63,764 nucleotides of DNA, filler included, from Chiloscyllium plagiosum (GCF_004010195.1; 6 parts of one record of this genome joined end to end with filler, not necessarily neighbours in it); one strand, 5' to 3'; counted from the first letter of the whole stretch, positions 1 through 11,710 are shown. A program made the numbers and translations. The notes: generated by a model not told the origin, from the letters alone.

Positions 1-990
1 TAAATCTTTTCTGAACCCTTTCAAGTTTCACAACATCTTTCTGATAGGAAGAAGACCAGAATTGCACACAATATTCCAACAGTGGCCTAACCAATGTCCT
101 GTACAGCCGCAGCATGACCTCCCAACTCCTGTACTCAATACTCTGACCAATAAAAGAAAGCATACCAAACGCCTTCTTCACTATCCTATCTACCTGCGAC
201 TCCACTTTAAAGGAGCTATGAACCTGCACTCCAAGGTTCTCTTTTGTCTTGAACTCATCAGGATAACGTATGAAAGAAGAATGCTGATTGGTTGACAAGT
301 GGACTCTTATTAAGATAATCAGAAATAGGAGCAGAAGTAGACCATTCAGCCCCTCGAACCTGCTCTGTATTCGATAGGGTCATAACTGATCCAACATTCC
401 TCAAATCTACTTTCCTCTCCGTTCCCCATAATCCCTGATACCCTGACTCATCGAGAATCTCTCTCTCTCTCTCTCAGCCTTAAATATACACAAGGGCTCT
501 CCTCCCACAGCTCCCTGCGTTAAGGACTTCCAAAGACTCACAACCCTCTGAAATCTGAACATGTTTGCTAGCTTTTTGAGATTTATGCATCAGGACTCCC
601 AAATCCCAATGTTTCTCGGATACTGTTAAGGACACTTGCACAGGTCATAGAGTCATAGAGATGTACAGCACGGAAACAGACCCTTCGGCCCAACCCGTCC
701 ATGCCGACCAGATATCCCAACCCAATCTAGTCCCACCTGCTAGCACCCGGCCCATATCCCAACAAACCCTTCCTATTCATATACCCATCCAAATGCCTCT
801 TAAATGTTGCAATGGTACCAGCCTCCACCACTCCCTCTGGCAGCCCATCCCATACCCGTCCACCCTCTGTGGTTTGGAGGAATGTGGGCCAAGCACAAGC
901 AAATGGGACCAGTTCAGCTTAGGAAACCTGGTCAGCATGGATGGGTTGGGCCGAAGGGTCTGTTTCCGTGCTCTATGATGCTGTGGGTCT
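1..990. mobile_element. Cluster of CR1 3' fragments (both orientations)
   Basis: RT C-terminal and 3' UTR motifs, with catagagt-type tails at 1-240, 320-550 and 645-990. Confidence 0.7.
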
Positions 991-1248
991 ATAAATCCCA
1001 GTCTTCACTTTCTTCTTCCAGTTGGGACAGAACATTCTGGAAAAAGAGCTCTCTGCTTTGTGTTGTGAATGTGTCTCTTTTTGGAGGTGATACCATCATG
1101 GTCACCGAGTTCTGTGGGTGAAGGTGGGTCAAGGGGCGAGAGCAGTGAGGGCCACAGGCACAGGCAGAGGGACAGAGCCACAGGGAGTTCCCAAGGGGAA
1201 GGGTCTTCGGTTTGTCCTTTAACACCCCATCTCTCGGTCTCCTTCCAG

Positions 1249-1340
1249 AGATAACTATCTGGTGCTCGATGTTTATTTCGAAGCGTTAAATTTTGAAACC
1301 ATTGAACAGAAGAAAGCATATGATGTGGCAGGATTACTGG
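1249..1340 (+). CDS. ASIC4: ASIC4 internal coding exon (beta11-beta12 linker to start of TM2)
   Basis: ccttccag acceptor and G|gtaagt donor; 92 bp; translates (x)[30 protein letters not shown](G), the conserved ASIC pre-TM2 segment; phase-compatible with the next exon. Confidence 0.93.
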
Positions 1341-1486
1341 GTAAGTGACACCACATTAACAGTTAGTGACAATTTCAGTCAAAACATCAGCGAGCAATGC
1401 ATAGAGAAATCACCTGTCGTAAAATAGAATTCTAGTTCAGGGAGAGGGGGATCAGTTCCACCAGAGAGAGAGAGAGAGAGAGGGGG

Positions 1487-1648
1487 GACTGGTGGTGGTT
1501 TAACCTGAGGGTCAGCACAACTCGGGCGAAGGCATGGTTTGAGAAGGAGAGTCCTTCATAGTAACTTCAGTCAGTTCAGGAATTCAACCCAAACTGTTAG
1601 CATCACTCTGCGTCATAAACAAACTGTTCAGCCAACTGAGCTAACTGC
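1487..1648 (-). mobile_element. tRNA-derived SINE
   Basis: Reverse complement has A-box TAGCTCAGTTGG and B-box-like GGTTGAATTCC, followed by a non-tRNA body. Confidence 0.55.
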
Positions 1649-1696
1649 TAGGAGTATATTATACTGTACTTCAAATTTTTGAGTATTTCAATCTCA

Positions 1697-2378
1697 GGTT
1701 GTAAGTTTGCCCGCTGAACTGGTAGATTTGATCTCAGACATTTCATTGCCATGCTAGGTAACATCATCAGTGAGCTTCCGTTGAAGTGCTGGTGTTTTGT
1801 CCCGCTTTCTGTTTGTGTCTTGGTCTGTTAAGGTGGGTGATATCATTTCTGCTTTTATTTCTCAAGAGTTTGGTAAATGGGGTCCAAATCGATGTGATTG
1901 TTAATGGAGTTCTGGTTTGAATGCCAGGCCTCTAGGAATTCCCGTGCGTGTCTCTGTTTAGCCTGTCCTAGGATGGATGTGTGTCCCAGTCGAAGTGGTG
2001 TCCTTCTTAGTCTGTGTGTAAGGATACTAGTGATAGCTGGTCATGTGTTTTGGTGGCTAGTAGGCACTCGTGTGTATCCTGGTGGCTAATTTCCTGCCTA
2101 TCTGTCCGATGTAGTGTTTGTTGCAGTCCAGTCAGGGTATTTTGTATATGACATTCGTTTTCATGGTTGTTGGTAAAAGGTCCTTTCGTGGCTATTTTAG
2201 TGTGTTGGGAGGTTTGTGGGCTACCATGAAGGGGTCAGAGTAGTCTGGTAGTCATCTCTGAGATGTCTTTGAGATCTCGAAGATCTCTGGTGTATAGTAG
2301 TTTCGTTAGAGTCTACAGGCGTGTTGTGTCTTCTTGTTTGGGTTTGTTGTTAAAGAATTGGCGGACTGTGTTTATCGG
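1697..2378 (-). mobile_element. Penelope-like retroelement 3' fragment (GIY-YIG C-terminal region)
   Basis: Minus-strand translation contains GHHFDWD...ILGQAKQRHAREFLEAWHSNQNSINNHIDLDPIY, followed by a hammerhead motif. Confidence 0.75.
1733..1774 (-). ncRNA. Degenerate hammerhead motif at the 3' end of a Penelope element
   Basis: Reverse complement reads CTCA-CTGATGA-T-GTTACC(TAGCAT)GGCAAT-GAAAT-GTC-TGAG. Confidence 0.55.
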
Positions 2379-2699
2379 CTGGAGGAAAGTGAGCACTGCA
2401 GACACTGGAGATCAGAGTCGAAGAGTATGGTGCTGGAAAATCACAGCTGGTGAGGCATCATTTGAGGAGCAGGAAAATCAACGTTTCAAGCATAAGATGT
2501 TCATCAGGAATGAGGGGGGTGGTGCAAGGGGGCTGAGAGATAAATGGGATGGGAGTGGGGCTGTGGGGAAGGTAGCTGGGAATGCGATAGGTAGATGAAG
2601 GTGGAGGAGAAGGTGATAGATCGGAGAGGAAGGTGGAGCGGATAGATGGGAAAGGTGATGGACTGGTCAAGACAGTGGTGCCGAGTTGGAGATTTGGGA

Positions 2700-4210
2700 C
2701 TGGGATATGGTGGTGGGTGGGGAACTGAGGAAATAGGATAGATGGGCTTCAGATTGGTTCCACAGGTCGGTGCAACATCGAGGGCCGAAGGGCCTGTACT
2801 GCGCTGTAATGTTCTATGTTCTAAGTTAGTGCCATCACGATGGGCAGAATGGCCTCCTCCTGCTCTGGGGATTCTCCGATTCGGGGATTTGGGATTGGGC
2901 TGGTTTCTATTTTCCAAAACCCGTTGGATTCAGGGAAGGTTCCTTTAGATTGGAAAATGTAACTGTATTCACAAGGGGAGGAAGTCAGAGAGCAGGAAAC
3001 AACAGGCCCCTGGTTACTTTAACGTCTGTCTTTGGGAAATGGTCGAAGATGGTGTTAAAGACTTTGCAACAGGAAACTTGGAGAAATTCAGAGTAACCAG
3101 GCAGAGACAACATGGTCCTGTCAAAGGGAAATCCTGTTTAACCAACTCATGAGAGTTCTCTCAGGAAGTAACGTGCAGCAGCTCAAGGGGAACCTGTGGG
3201 TGTATGGTCTTAGATTTCCAGAGGCCTTTGGTAAGCTGTCACATCAAAAAGGCTATTGAGGGAATCGGAAGCTGATGGTGAGAGGTTGTTGCACTTGGAG
3301 ATGCAGAGGGATCTGGGTGTCTGAGTGTAGGAATCACAGAAGGTCAGTCTGCAGGGTCAGCAAGTGATCAGGAATGTTCATAGAATGAGATGGTTTACTG
3401 TCAGGGAGGTTACACAGTTTAATTATACAGGGCACTAGTGAGACCACATCAGACCATAAGAAATAGGAACGGGAAGAGGCCATTCAGCCCCTCAAGCCTG
3501 CTCTGCCATCCAATAGGATCATGGTTGATCGGACATTTCTCACGTCCACTGTCCTGCCCCTTCCCCATAACCTCTAATGCCCCGACTGACCAAGAATCTC
3601 TCTCTATCTCAGCGTTAACTATCCACGTGGACTCTGCCCCCACAGCTCCCTGGGGTAAGGAGTTCCAAAGACTCCTAACCCTCTGAGAGAACAAATCCCT
3701 CCTCACCTCGGTCTTCACTTGGTGCCCCTTTACTCTGAGCCTGTGCCCTCTGGTCCTGGACTCTCCCATGAGGGGAAACTTCCTCTCAGCGTTGACCCTG
3801 TCAAACCCCTTAAGGATCTGATATGTTTCCATGAGATCACCTCTCGATCTTCTAAACTGGTGAAGGGCTTTTGCCCGAGACATCGATTTTCCTGCTCCTC
3901 GGATGCTGCCTGACCTGCTGTGCTTTTCCAGCACCACTCTGATCTAAACTCCTTCTAAACTCCAGTCAGTGCAGTCCCAACCTGTTTAGCCTTTGCTCTT
4001 AAGACAATTCCTCCATACCTGGGAACATCCTCATGAGCCCAAACTGAACTGCCAATGCAGTAATACCTTTCCTTAAATAAGGGGACCAAAACTGCTCTCA
4101 TTGCTCCAGACGTGGTCCCCCCAGCACCTTGTACAGCAGCAGTAAGATTTCCCTGTTCTTATAATCCAACCCCCTTGAAATAAGGGCCGTCCCAATTACC
4201 TGTTGTCCCT
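2700..4210. mobile_element. Degenerate CR1 fragments in ASIC4 intron
   Basis: RGDLMETYQILKGFDRV...TRGH...FSQRVRSLWNSLP (-) and decayed RT segments (+). Confidence 0.75.
3859..3951 (+). mobile_element. Short non-autonomous Penelope-derived insertion with 10-bp TSD
   Basis: Flanked by CTTCTAAACT at 3849-3858 and 3952-3961; interrupts a CR1 3' fragment; same family as copies at ~2380-2700, 7647-7720, 17885-18060, 37628-37715 and 60327-60462. Confidence 0.7.
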
Positions 4211-4460
4211 GTGTACTGGCTTTTGAGATTAGTGAGACTGAGAGTGAGGTTGGAGAAAGTGAGTGTGAGACTGGAGGGAGAGTTAGATGGGAGGATGGTG
4301 AGAATGAGTTTGAAGAGACTGTGAGAGGGAGACAGGCTGCTTTCTGATCTCCCTTTACTGTGGTTATCCTGTCTGCCATTTGAAATGTTCCTGCTTTCCC
4401 TGATTTTCTCACTGAGGGGATATTGACAGTGATTTGGTTTGGTTTGTGCTTTTTCACCAG

Positions 4461-4540
4461 GAGATATTGGTGGTCACATGGGCCTCTTCATTGGAGCGAG
4501 TCTCCTAACTATCCTTGAAATCATCGACTACATCTTTGAG
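4461..4540 (+). CDS. ASIC4: ASIC4 TM2 exon with GAS selectivity motif
   Basis: ttttcaccag acceptor and GAG|gtgagc donor; 80 bp; (G)[26 protein letters not shown], the DEG/ENaC TM2 signature. Confidence 0.95.
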
Positions 4541-5429
4541 GTGAGCTGGCCACTGCCTCCCTCGGTGTCTGCAGCAGGGTCCAGGCTGTCCACCTGGCTC
4601 TGTCACTCCCTCAGCACTGCCCTCAGTTAGAGTGTGAGCCCTGGGCTGGGGGCTGTGAAACCCCATGGGAAGAGGGTGATCCCAATCAAAAATCCCACAT
4701 GGTGCTGAATTCCTGATGTTCGATACTGCAGGGGTTTACAGAGCTGTTAGCAGCTCCACCACACACAGGCCATTCACCCCATTGACCCAATGCTGCCTCA
4801 GGGACAGAGGTCAGCCTTTGCTCACATTGGCTTGGCCTTCCCCTGGGTCACAAAGCTTTTGATTGTTTTGGATTTTTAAAGAGTTATCTGTATTTTCTAC
4901 AGAGCTGGGAATGCTGATGGGGATCTGATGGGTGCTTTTGTACATTAGGGAAGAGTTTCACAAGTTGGACATGGTGGAGATGTCTCCACCTGGGGGTGAG
5001 ATCAGAACAAGGGGCTGTTGACGTGGGAAAGTCTCCCAGAATCCCAGAGTGTGGGGAGAATGGAGCCAGTTCCTGCAGGGAGTGGCAGAGGTGTGAACTG
5101 GAGCAGTGTGTTGGAAGGGAAGCTTGATTAACAGATCCGGGAGAGAGGAGTTGAAGGCTGGAGCTGTGGGCTGAACCAGGAGGGGGTCTGAGGAATTTGA
5201 GGGTGGTGTGTGAACAAAGGCACAGAGCGAATGTGTTCAATGTTAATGGAGACCCTGTACGTGTCACTGAGAGTGGTAGGAATAGTCATGTTCCTGTAAC
5301 CAGTGACGTGTTTATACTCACAACATGAGATCAGGAACTGCCTGAATGGTGCAGCCTCCTGTAGTGCAATAGCTACCGTGTTCCTCCAGCTGCTCGGTGG
5401 GAATGATGTCAATGTTCTTGTCTGTCCAG

Positions 5430-5531
5430 TTGATCCGGATGAAAGTCCGCCAGGTTCTGACTCCTCACCGTCACACTCCAACAAAAACACAGGACAGCAT
5501 TGCAACACTCATCACAGACAACAGCAAGCTG
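5430..5531 (+). CDS. ASIC4: ASIC4 penultimate coding exon (cytoplasmic C-terminus)
   Basis: ttgtctgtccag acceptor and CTG|gtgagt donor; 102 bp, phase 0-0, open frame LIRMKVRQVLTPHRHTPTKTQDSIATLITDNSKL; fits between the TM2 exon and the terminal exon. Confidence 0.78.
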
Positions 5532-6162
5532 GTGAGTAACAAAGCTGCATTACTGTAGCACCTGTCACCCCCTCAAGGTTTGCCAGAGCACTGCACAGCC
5601 AACGGAAGGAGTTGTTGATGTCACTGTTGGAGTAAGGCCAGTAACCATGCTACAAACTGACTGCGCGACTGACTGAGCCCAGGATAGCAGACTGAATGCC
5701 CCTCCCTCCTTCACCACTGCCATCTGTTCCATTTTCACACCATGCCCCAGCCAGGAGATGTTATTTTGTCTGAAGATCACAGCTATCCCTCCCTCAGGAC
5801 GGGATGGTGGAGGAGCGGGAACGGTGTTGCATGGGAAATCCTGAGGCCCAACACAATGTCCCACCCTGACACGGGGCAGCACTTCAATTCAATTCACCCA
5901 AACCCAACAACTGAAACCCTCCCTCAGTGACAAACACCATCAAACATTCACCACTCTGATAAAAACACACAGGCTCACGAACGGCCTTCACTGAGGGCAC
6001 TCAGCCACCATTGCCCAGGTCTCGCGGACATGTCACTCCAGTCCCTCAGCGATGTAGAGACTCTGACAGCCCACAGAACGGACAAGCAAGGTAACCCCTT
6101 CAAATGTGCACTTCGGGTTGGGCAAGGGGGTCCAGGTATTGCAAACAACAATTATAAATACT

Positions 6163-6367
6163 CTGACCCTCCGACAGTGCAGCACTCCCTCAGCACTGAC
6201 CCTCTGACAGTGCAGCACTCCCTCAGCACTGAACCTACGACAGTGTAGCACTCCCTCAGCACTGAGCCTACGACAGTGTAGCACTCCCTCAGCACTGAAC
6301 CTACGACAGTGTAGCACTCCCTCAGCACTGAACCTACGACAGTGTCGCACTCCCTCAGCACTGACCT
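6163..6367. repeat. 33-bp minisatellite (CTGACCCTCTGACAGTGCAGCACTCCCTCAGCA), ~6 copies, in the last ASIC4 intron
   Basis: Direct inspection; 11-aa periodicity in the ORF track. Confidence 0.95.
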
Positions 6368-6555
6368 TCATGTGAAAAGGATGCCCTGAGTTTGAATAGT
6401 TGCGCTGTGATTGGTGGAGGTTTTGGGGTAATATTCCCTGCTGTATGTTTGTGTCAGGGTCAGTGAATTCCCGCTCGGTTTGAGCCTGGATAAGGCGCTG
6501 CCTGATGGATATGCGGGGTTTGTCTCACAGGACAGTCTGTGTTGTTTTCCCACAG

Positions 6556-6663
6556 AGCTCAAGTGAGACTCTCCGCTGCACTCCTGAAGGAATGTCCATT
6601 CCGACCAATCCGGCCTCTCACCGTCCCCAGCACAGGCTCCCCTACCAGGACTTTGCGTGTTGA
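6556..6663 (+). CDS. ASIC4: ASIC4 terminal coding exon ending in the PDZ-binding motif DFAC
   Basis: gttttcccacag acceptor; SSSETLRCTPEGMSIPTNPASHRPQHRLPYQDFAC*; DFAC is the C-terminus typical of ASIC4. Confidence 0.9.
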   Translation, partial: SSSETLRCTPEGMSIPTNPASHRPQHRLPYQDFAC

Positions 6664-7653
6664 CTGTGAAGAGGGTCTCTGGCTCCAGCCGTCCCTCCTG
6701 ACCTTGTGTCCTTCTCCCCTTCTCCCTCCTCCCTGCCTTCCTCCTGCCCTTACCCCTCTGTCGGACCGTGTGTACAGCCAACTGTTTGACTCCTGAAGTC
6801 TCCGCCATCTAATCAACTCCTTCAGCAGTGGAACCACAAGCCAAAGTCTGCACAATCCTCGTCAATATTTCCAACAACCTGACCTCTGTCCAGGGACCTG
6901 TTTCGTTGCTGTAGTAACCATGTGTATTCAAAACATTTCCTTCAGACTGGATAGTACCTCTTTCTATCTCTCTAACTTTCCCTGTTGATTAGGTTCCCAG
7001 TGATGTTGTTGTCCTGTCGGTGAATGTAATGCAGTGTTTGTACCATGGGCAGACTGCCTAGCCTTCGCTCTCGGAGTGAGAGGGGGCCCACAGGTACCTT
7101 GTGGGAAATGGGTTGGGTTCCTATTGGTGGGCCCTGACTGTGAGAGGCCTCCTCAGGACCAGGAGGTCTCCTGTTTTAGTCCGGATTCGGAGAATGCCAA
7201 GCAGAAGCAATGCTGAGCTGCTGGCAGAGAAATGCTCGGAATTTTGTGCAAGGGTTAGGAATGAATTGGATTTGGTCTGACTGAGTTAGGTTAAAGATCA
7301 GAAATGTAGCTGTGCAGGAGGCCGAGTGAGGCAGCCTTTGTACCACGCTGCTCCTGCACTGAATTCATGTCACATTCTCACCTCTCACGCGCACTGACAC
7401 CTTCATTGGATTGACTGGTTCCAACCTCATATTCCTGCCTGGGTTATCCTCCCTCTCCAATTCCCCCACCACCCATCACTCTCCCAAACCCTTCCCGTTA
7501 CTGAGGAAGCTCAGTCTGAGGAAAGCCGAGATTGATAGATTTCTGATTCTCAATGGCGTACAGGGTTATGGGGAGGGGCTAGAGAAACCGTATTGACACC
7601 ATGATGGTATTGAATCACGGGCCATGTTCAATGGGCTGAATGAACCCTCATTC

Positions 7654-7681
7654 CTGATGAAGGGCTCATGCCCGAAACATT
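7654..7681 (+). ncRNA. Hammerhead-like motif in a short Penelope-derived element (family B)
   Basis: CTGATGA-A-GGGC(TCAT)GCCC-GAAAC-ATT; related copies at ~2478-2509(-), 3857-3884(+), 17948-17979(-), 37687-37715(-) and 60432-60462(-). Confidence 0.55.
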
Positions 7682-8865
7682 GACTGTCCTGCTCCTCAGA
7701 TGCTGCCTGACCTGCTGCATATCCCTCCAAACCCTTCCTAATCATATACCCATCCAGATGCCTCTTAAATGTTGCAATTGTACCAGCCTCCACCACATCC
7801 TCTGGCAGCTCATTCCATACACGTACCACCCTCTGTGTGAAAAAGTTGCCCCTTAGGTCTCTTTTATATCTTTCCCCTNNNNNNNNNNNNNNNNNNNNNN
7901 NNNNNNNNNNNNNNNNNNNNNNNNNNNNNNNNNNNNNNNNNNNNNNNNNNNNNNNNNNNNNNNNNNNNNNNNNNNNNNNNNNNNNNNNNNNNNNNNNNNN
8001 NNNNNNNNNNNNNNNNNNNNNNNNNNNNNNNNNNNNNNNNNNNNNNNNNNNNNNNNNNNNNNNNNNNNNNNNNNNNNNNNNNNNNNNNNNNNNNNNNNNN
8101 NNNNNNNNNNNNNNNNNNNNNNNNNNNNNNNNNNNNNNNNNNNNNNNNNNNNNNNNNNNNNNNNNNNNNNNNNNNNNNNNNNNNNNNNNNNNNNNNNNNN
8201 NNNNNNNNNNNNNNNNNNNNNNNNNNNNNNNNNNNNNNNNNNNNNNNNNNNNNNNNNNNNNNNNNNNNNNNNNNNNNNNNNNNNNNNNNNNNNNNNNNNN
8301 NNNNNNNNNNNNNNNNNNNNNNNNNNNNNNNNNNNNNNNNNNNNNNNNNNNNNNNNNNNNNNNNNNNNNNNNNNNNNNNNNNNNNNNNNNNNNNNNNNNN
8401 NNNNNNNNNNNNNNNNNNNNNNNNNNNNNNNNNNNNNNNNNNNNNNNNNNNNNNNNNNNNNNNNNNNNNNNNNNNNNNNNNNNNNNNNNNNNNNNNNNNN
8501 NNNNNNNNNNNNNNNNNNNNNNNNNNNNNNNNNNNNNNNNNNNNNNNNNNNNNNNNNNNNNNNNNNNNNNNNNNNNNNNNNNNNNNNNNNNNNNNNNNNN
8601 NNNNNNNNNNNNNNNNNNNNNNNNNNNNNNNNNNNNNNNNNNNNNNNNNNNNNNNNNNNNNNNNNNNNNNNNNNNNNNNNNNNNNNNNNNNNNNNNNNNN
8701 NNNNNNNNNNNNNNNNNNNNNNNNNNNNNNNNNNNNNNNNNNNNNNNNNNNNNNNNNNNNNNNNNNNNNNNNNNNNNNNNNNNNNNNNNNNNNNNNNNNN
8801 NNNNNNNNNNNNNNNNNNNNNNNNNNNNNNNNNNNNNNNNNNNNNNNNNNNNNNNNNNNNNNNNN

Positions 8866-9310
8866 TCCCTCAGTACTGACCCTCGAACAGTGCGTCACTC
8901 CCTCAGCACTGACCCTCTGACAGTGCGGCACTCCCTCAGCACTGACCCTCTGACAGTGTGGAACTCCCTCAGCACTGACTCTCTGACAGTGCGGCACTCC
9001 CTCAGTACTGACCCTCGAACAGTGCGTCACTCCCTCAGCACTGACCCTCCGACAGTGCAGCCCTCCCTCAGTACTGACTCTCTGACAGTGCGGCATTCCC
9101 TCAGTACTGACCCTCGAACAGTGCGTCACTCCCTCAGCACTGACCCTCTGACAGTGCGGCACTCCCTCAGCCCTGACCCTCTGACAGTGCGGCACTCCCT
9201 CAGCCCTGACCCTCTGACAGTACGGCACTCCCTCAGCCCTGACCCTCTGACAGTGTGGCACCTCCTCAGCACTGACCCTCCGACAGTGCTGCACTCCCTC
9301 AGTACTGACC
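8866..9310. repeat. Same 33-bp minisatellite, ~13 copies, running into a gap
   Basis: Direct inspection. Confidence 0.95.
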
Positions 9311-10105
9311 CTTGGACAATGTCTTGTTAGGTTTATTTCAGACAACAATGAAGGGTCAGCCGCATAGCTGAGAGTCTGCTGTCGCATTTCGGCCAGACCA
9401 TGTTCAATATCCTTCCCTGAGGAGTATGAGTGACCCCAATGGGATTTTACAACGAATGATGACTGTTACCCTGTCACTGTGACTGGACTGAGCTATCAAG
9501 CTATCGGATCTATTAACTCCCACAGCTACCCTGTTAGGATAACTGACTCTGAGCCCACTGCATTTACCTGGGTCCCTGGGGTATTAACTTGGTGACATTA
9601 CCCCTCGCCCGTGGCTCCCCCAGCGGACTGTGTATCTCATCCTGAACATTACCCTCTGTCCCGAGGTACAGGACTGAAGTCAGAACTGTCTGGCTGTGAG
9701 GAGTGGGAGACAGAGAGAGAGAGACCCACTGATGGTGTGGAATGCACGAACTGAAGTGTTTACATTTCTGTAGTTGTGACTGAGATTCAGCTGCGTCTTT
9801 ACAGTGCCAGCCTCAATCACAGTAAAGCTCAGGATTCGGCTCAGGTTGCTGAGTAATCTTAGATTGAGAAGTCAAGGAACCTTGTTAAAACTCCAGAAAG
9901 TAATGTGCCCCTGGGGAATCCAGTCTCAGAGAGGAGAGAATCAGTGATCAAGCATGGGAGGGGGACGGGGGTCCCTGCAGATCTCACCATCAGGTGTTTA
10001 TAATTCACAAAGACACTGGATTATTCTGTATGTTTTTAAAGCTGTTTTAATGTTGAACGGAAAAATGTGGATTATATAATTGTAGCTAAACTCAAATATT
10101 CTCAG

Positions 10106-10111
10106 AATAAA
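10106..10111 (+). terminator. Possible ASIC4 polyadenylation signal
   Basis: AATAAA in an AT-rich non-repetitive stretch, followed by T/GT-rich sequence; position only, no transcript evidence. Confidence 0.25.
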
Positions 10112-10220
10112 TTCAAAAACTGAAAGCCAATTGAAATTATCAAATTATTAATGATTTTGTGTCAGTTTATTTTTAACTTGAGGAAAAGAAGCTCCCAAAC
10201 ACATTTATGATGGTTTCTAT

Positions 10221-10436
10221 CTGCAGCACTCCCTCATCACTGACCCTCTGACAGTGCGGCACTCCCTCATCACTGACCCTCTGACAGTGCGGCACTCCCT
10301 CAGTACTGACCCTCTGACAGTGCAGCACTCTCTCAGCACTGACCCTCTAACAGTGCAGCACATCCCTCAGCACTGACCCTCTAACAGTGCAGCACATCCC
10401 TCAGCACTTACCCTCTGACAGTGCTGCATCCCTCAA
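10221..10436. repeat. Same 33-bp minisatellite, ~6 copies
   Basis: Direct inspection. Confidence 0.93.
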
Positions 10437-10639
10437 TCTCCTTATTTGTATTTGGCACCAACACCCCCACAACAAACTGCAACACTCAGTCAATCCTGTT
10501 GCAGCACTGGGTTCAGGCTGCAGGTTTCCCCCCCACCCAGCAGGATCTCGAAACCTTCTGGAACCTTCTCTGTTGCTGTGAATACCATGCTCACGGGATG
10601 TTTAAGAGATTTCTCCAGGGTTTTTGAGGTTTCATTATA

Positions 10640-11710
10640 TATAGAACATAGAAAAGTACAGCACAGAACAGGCCCTTCGCCCCATGATGTGGTACCGAGG
10701 GTTAATCCTAATGTAATGTAATGGGGTGGCACAGTAGCACAGTGGTTAGCACTGCTGCCTCACAGCACCAGGGACCCAGGTTCGATTCCCGCCTCAGGTG
10801 ACTGACTGTGTGGAGTTTGCACGTTCTCCCTGTGTCTGCGTGGGTTTCCTCCGGGTGCTCCGGTTTCCTCACACAGTCCCAAGATGTGCAGGTCAGGTGA
10901 ATTGGCCATGCTAAATTGCCTGAAGTGTTAGGTGCATTAGTCGGGGGGGTTGGGTTACTCTTCGGAGGGTCGGTGTGGACTTCTTGGGCTGAAGGGCTGT
11001 TTCCACTCTGTTGGGAATCTAATCTAAAATAAAATAACTTAACCTCCGCTCCCCTCACCTCACTGCTATCCTTGTGCCTGTCCAGCAGTTGCTTAAATGT
11101 CCCTAATGACTCTGCTTCCACCACCAGCACTGGCAACGCATTCCATACATTCACATCTCTCTGTGTAAAGAACCTACCTCTGACGTTTCCTCTATACCTT
11201 CCTCCTAATATCTTCAAACTATGACCCCTCGTACCAGTCAATCCTGCCCTGGGGAAAAGTCTCTGGCTATTGACTCTATCCATGCCTCTCATTATCTTGT
11301 ATACCTCAATCAGGTCTCCTCTCTTCCTCCTCCTCTCCAGAGAGAAAAGTCTGAGCTTATTCAACCTTTCTTCATAAGGCAAGCCCTCCAGTCCAGGCAG
11401 CGTCCTGGTAAACCTTCTTTGCACCCTCTCCAAAGCCTCTGTATCTTTCCTATAGTAGGGCGACCAGAACTGGACACAATATACCAAATGTGGTCTCACC
11501 AGGGACTTGTAGAGCTGCAGCAAAACCTCGTGGCTCTTAAACCCAATCCCCTGTTAATGAAAGCCAAAACACCATATGCTTTCTTAACAACCCTATCCAC
11601 TTGGGTGGCAACTTTGAGGGATCCATGCACTTGAACACCAAGATCCCTCTGTTCCTCCACACTGCCAAGAGTCCTGTCTTTAATCCTATATTCAGCATTC
11701 GAGTTCGACT
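10640..11710 (-). mobile_element. CR1 LINE 3' end (RT C-terminus + UTR), interrupted by the HE1 SINE
   Basis: [24 protein letters not shown]...[10 protein letters not shown]...WNALP; tail atagaac repeats. Confidence 0.9.
10723..11025 (+). mobile_element. HE1/V-SINE-type tRNA SINE inserted into a CR1 3' UTR
   Basis: A box TAGCACAGTGG; B box GGTTCGATTCC at 10779-10789; central TGTGGAGTTTGCACGTTCTCCC...GGGTTTCCTCCGGGTGCTCCGGTTTCCTC V-domain. Confidence 0.85.

Noticed and set aside
7837..9387. ORFs spanning N gaps (also 25562-26870, 42074-43198, 45780-46642 and 61903-62491)
   Set aside because: Their length is an artefact of X translation through gaps.
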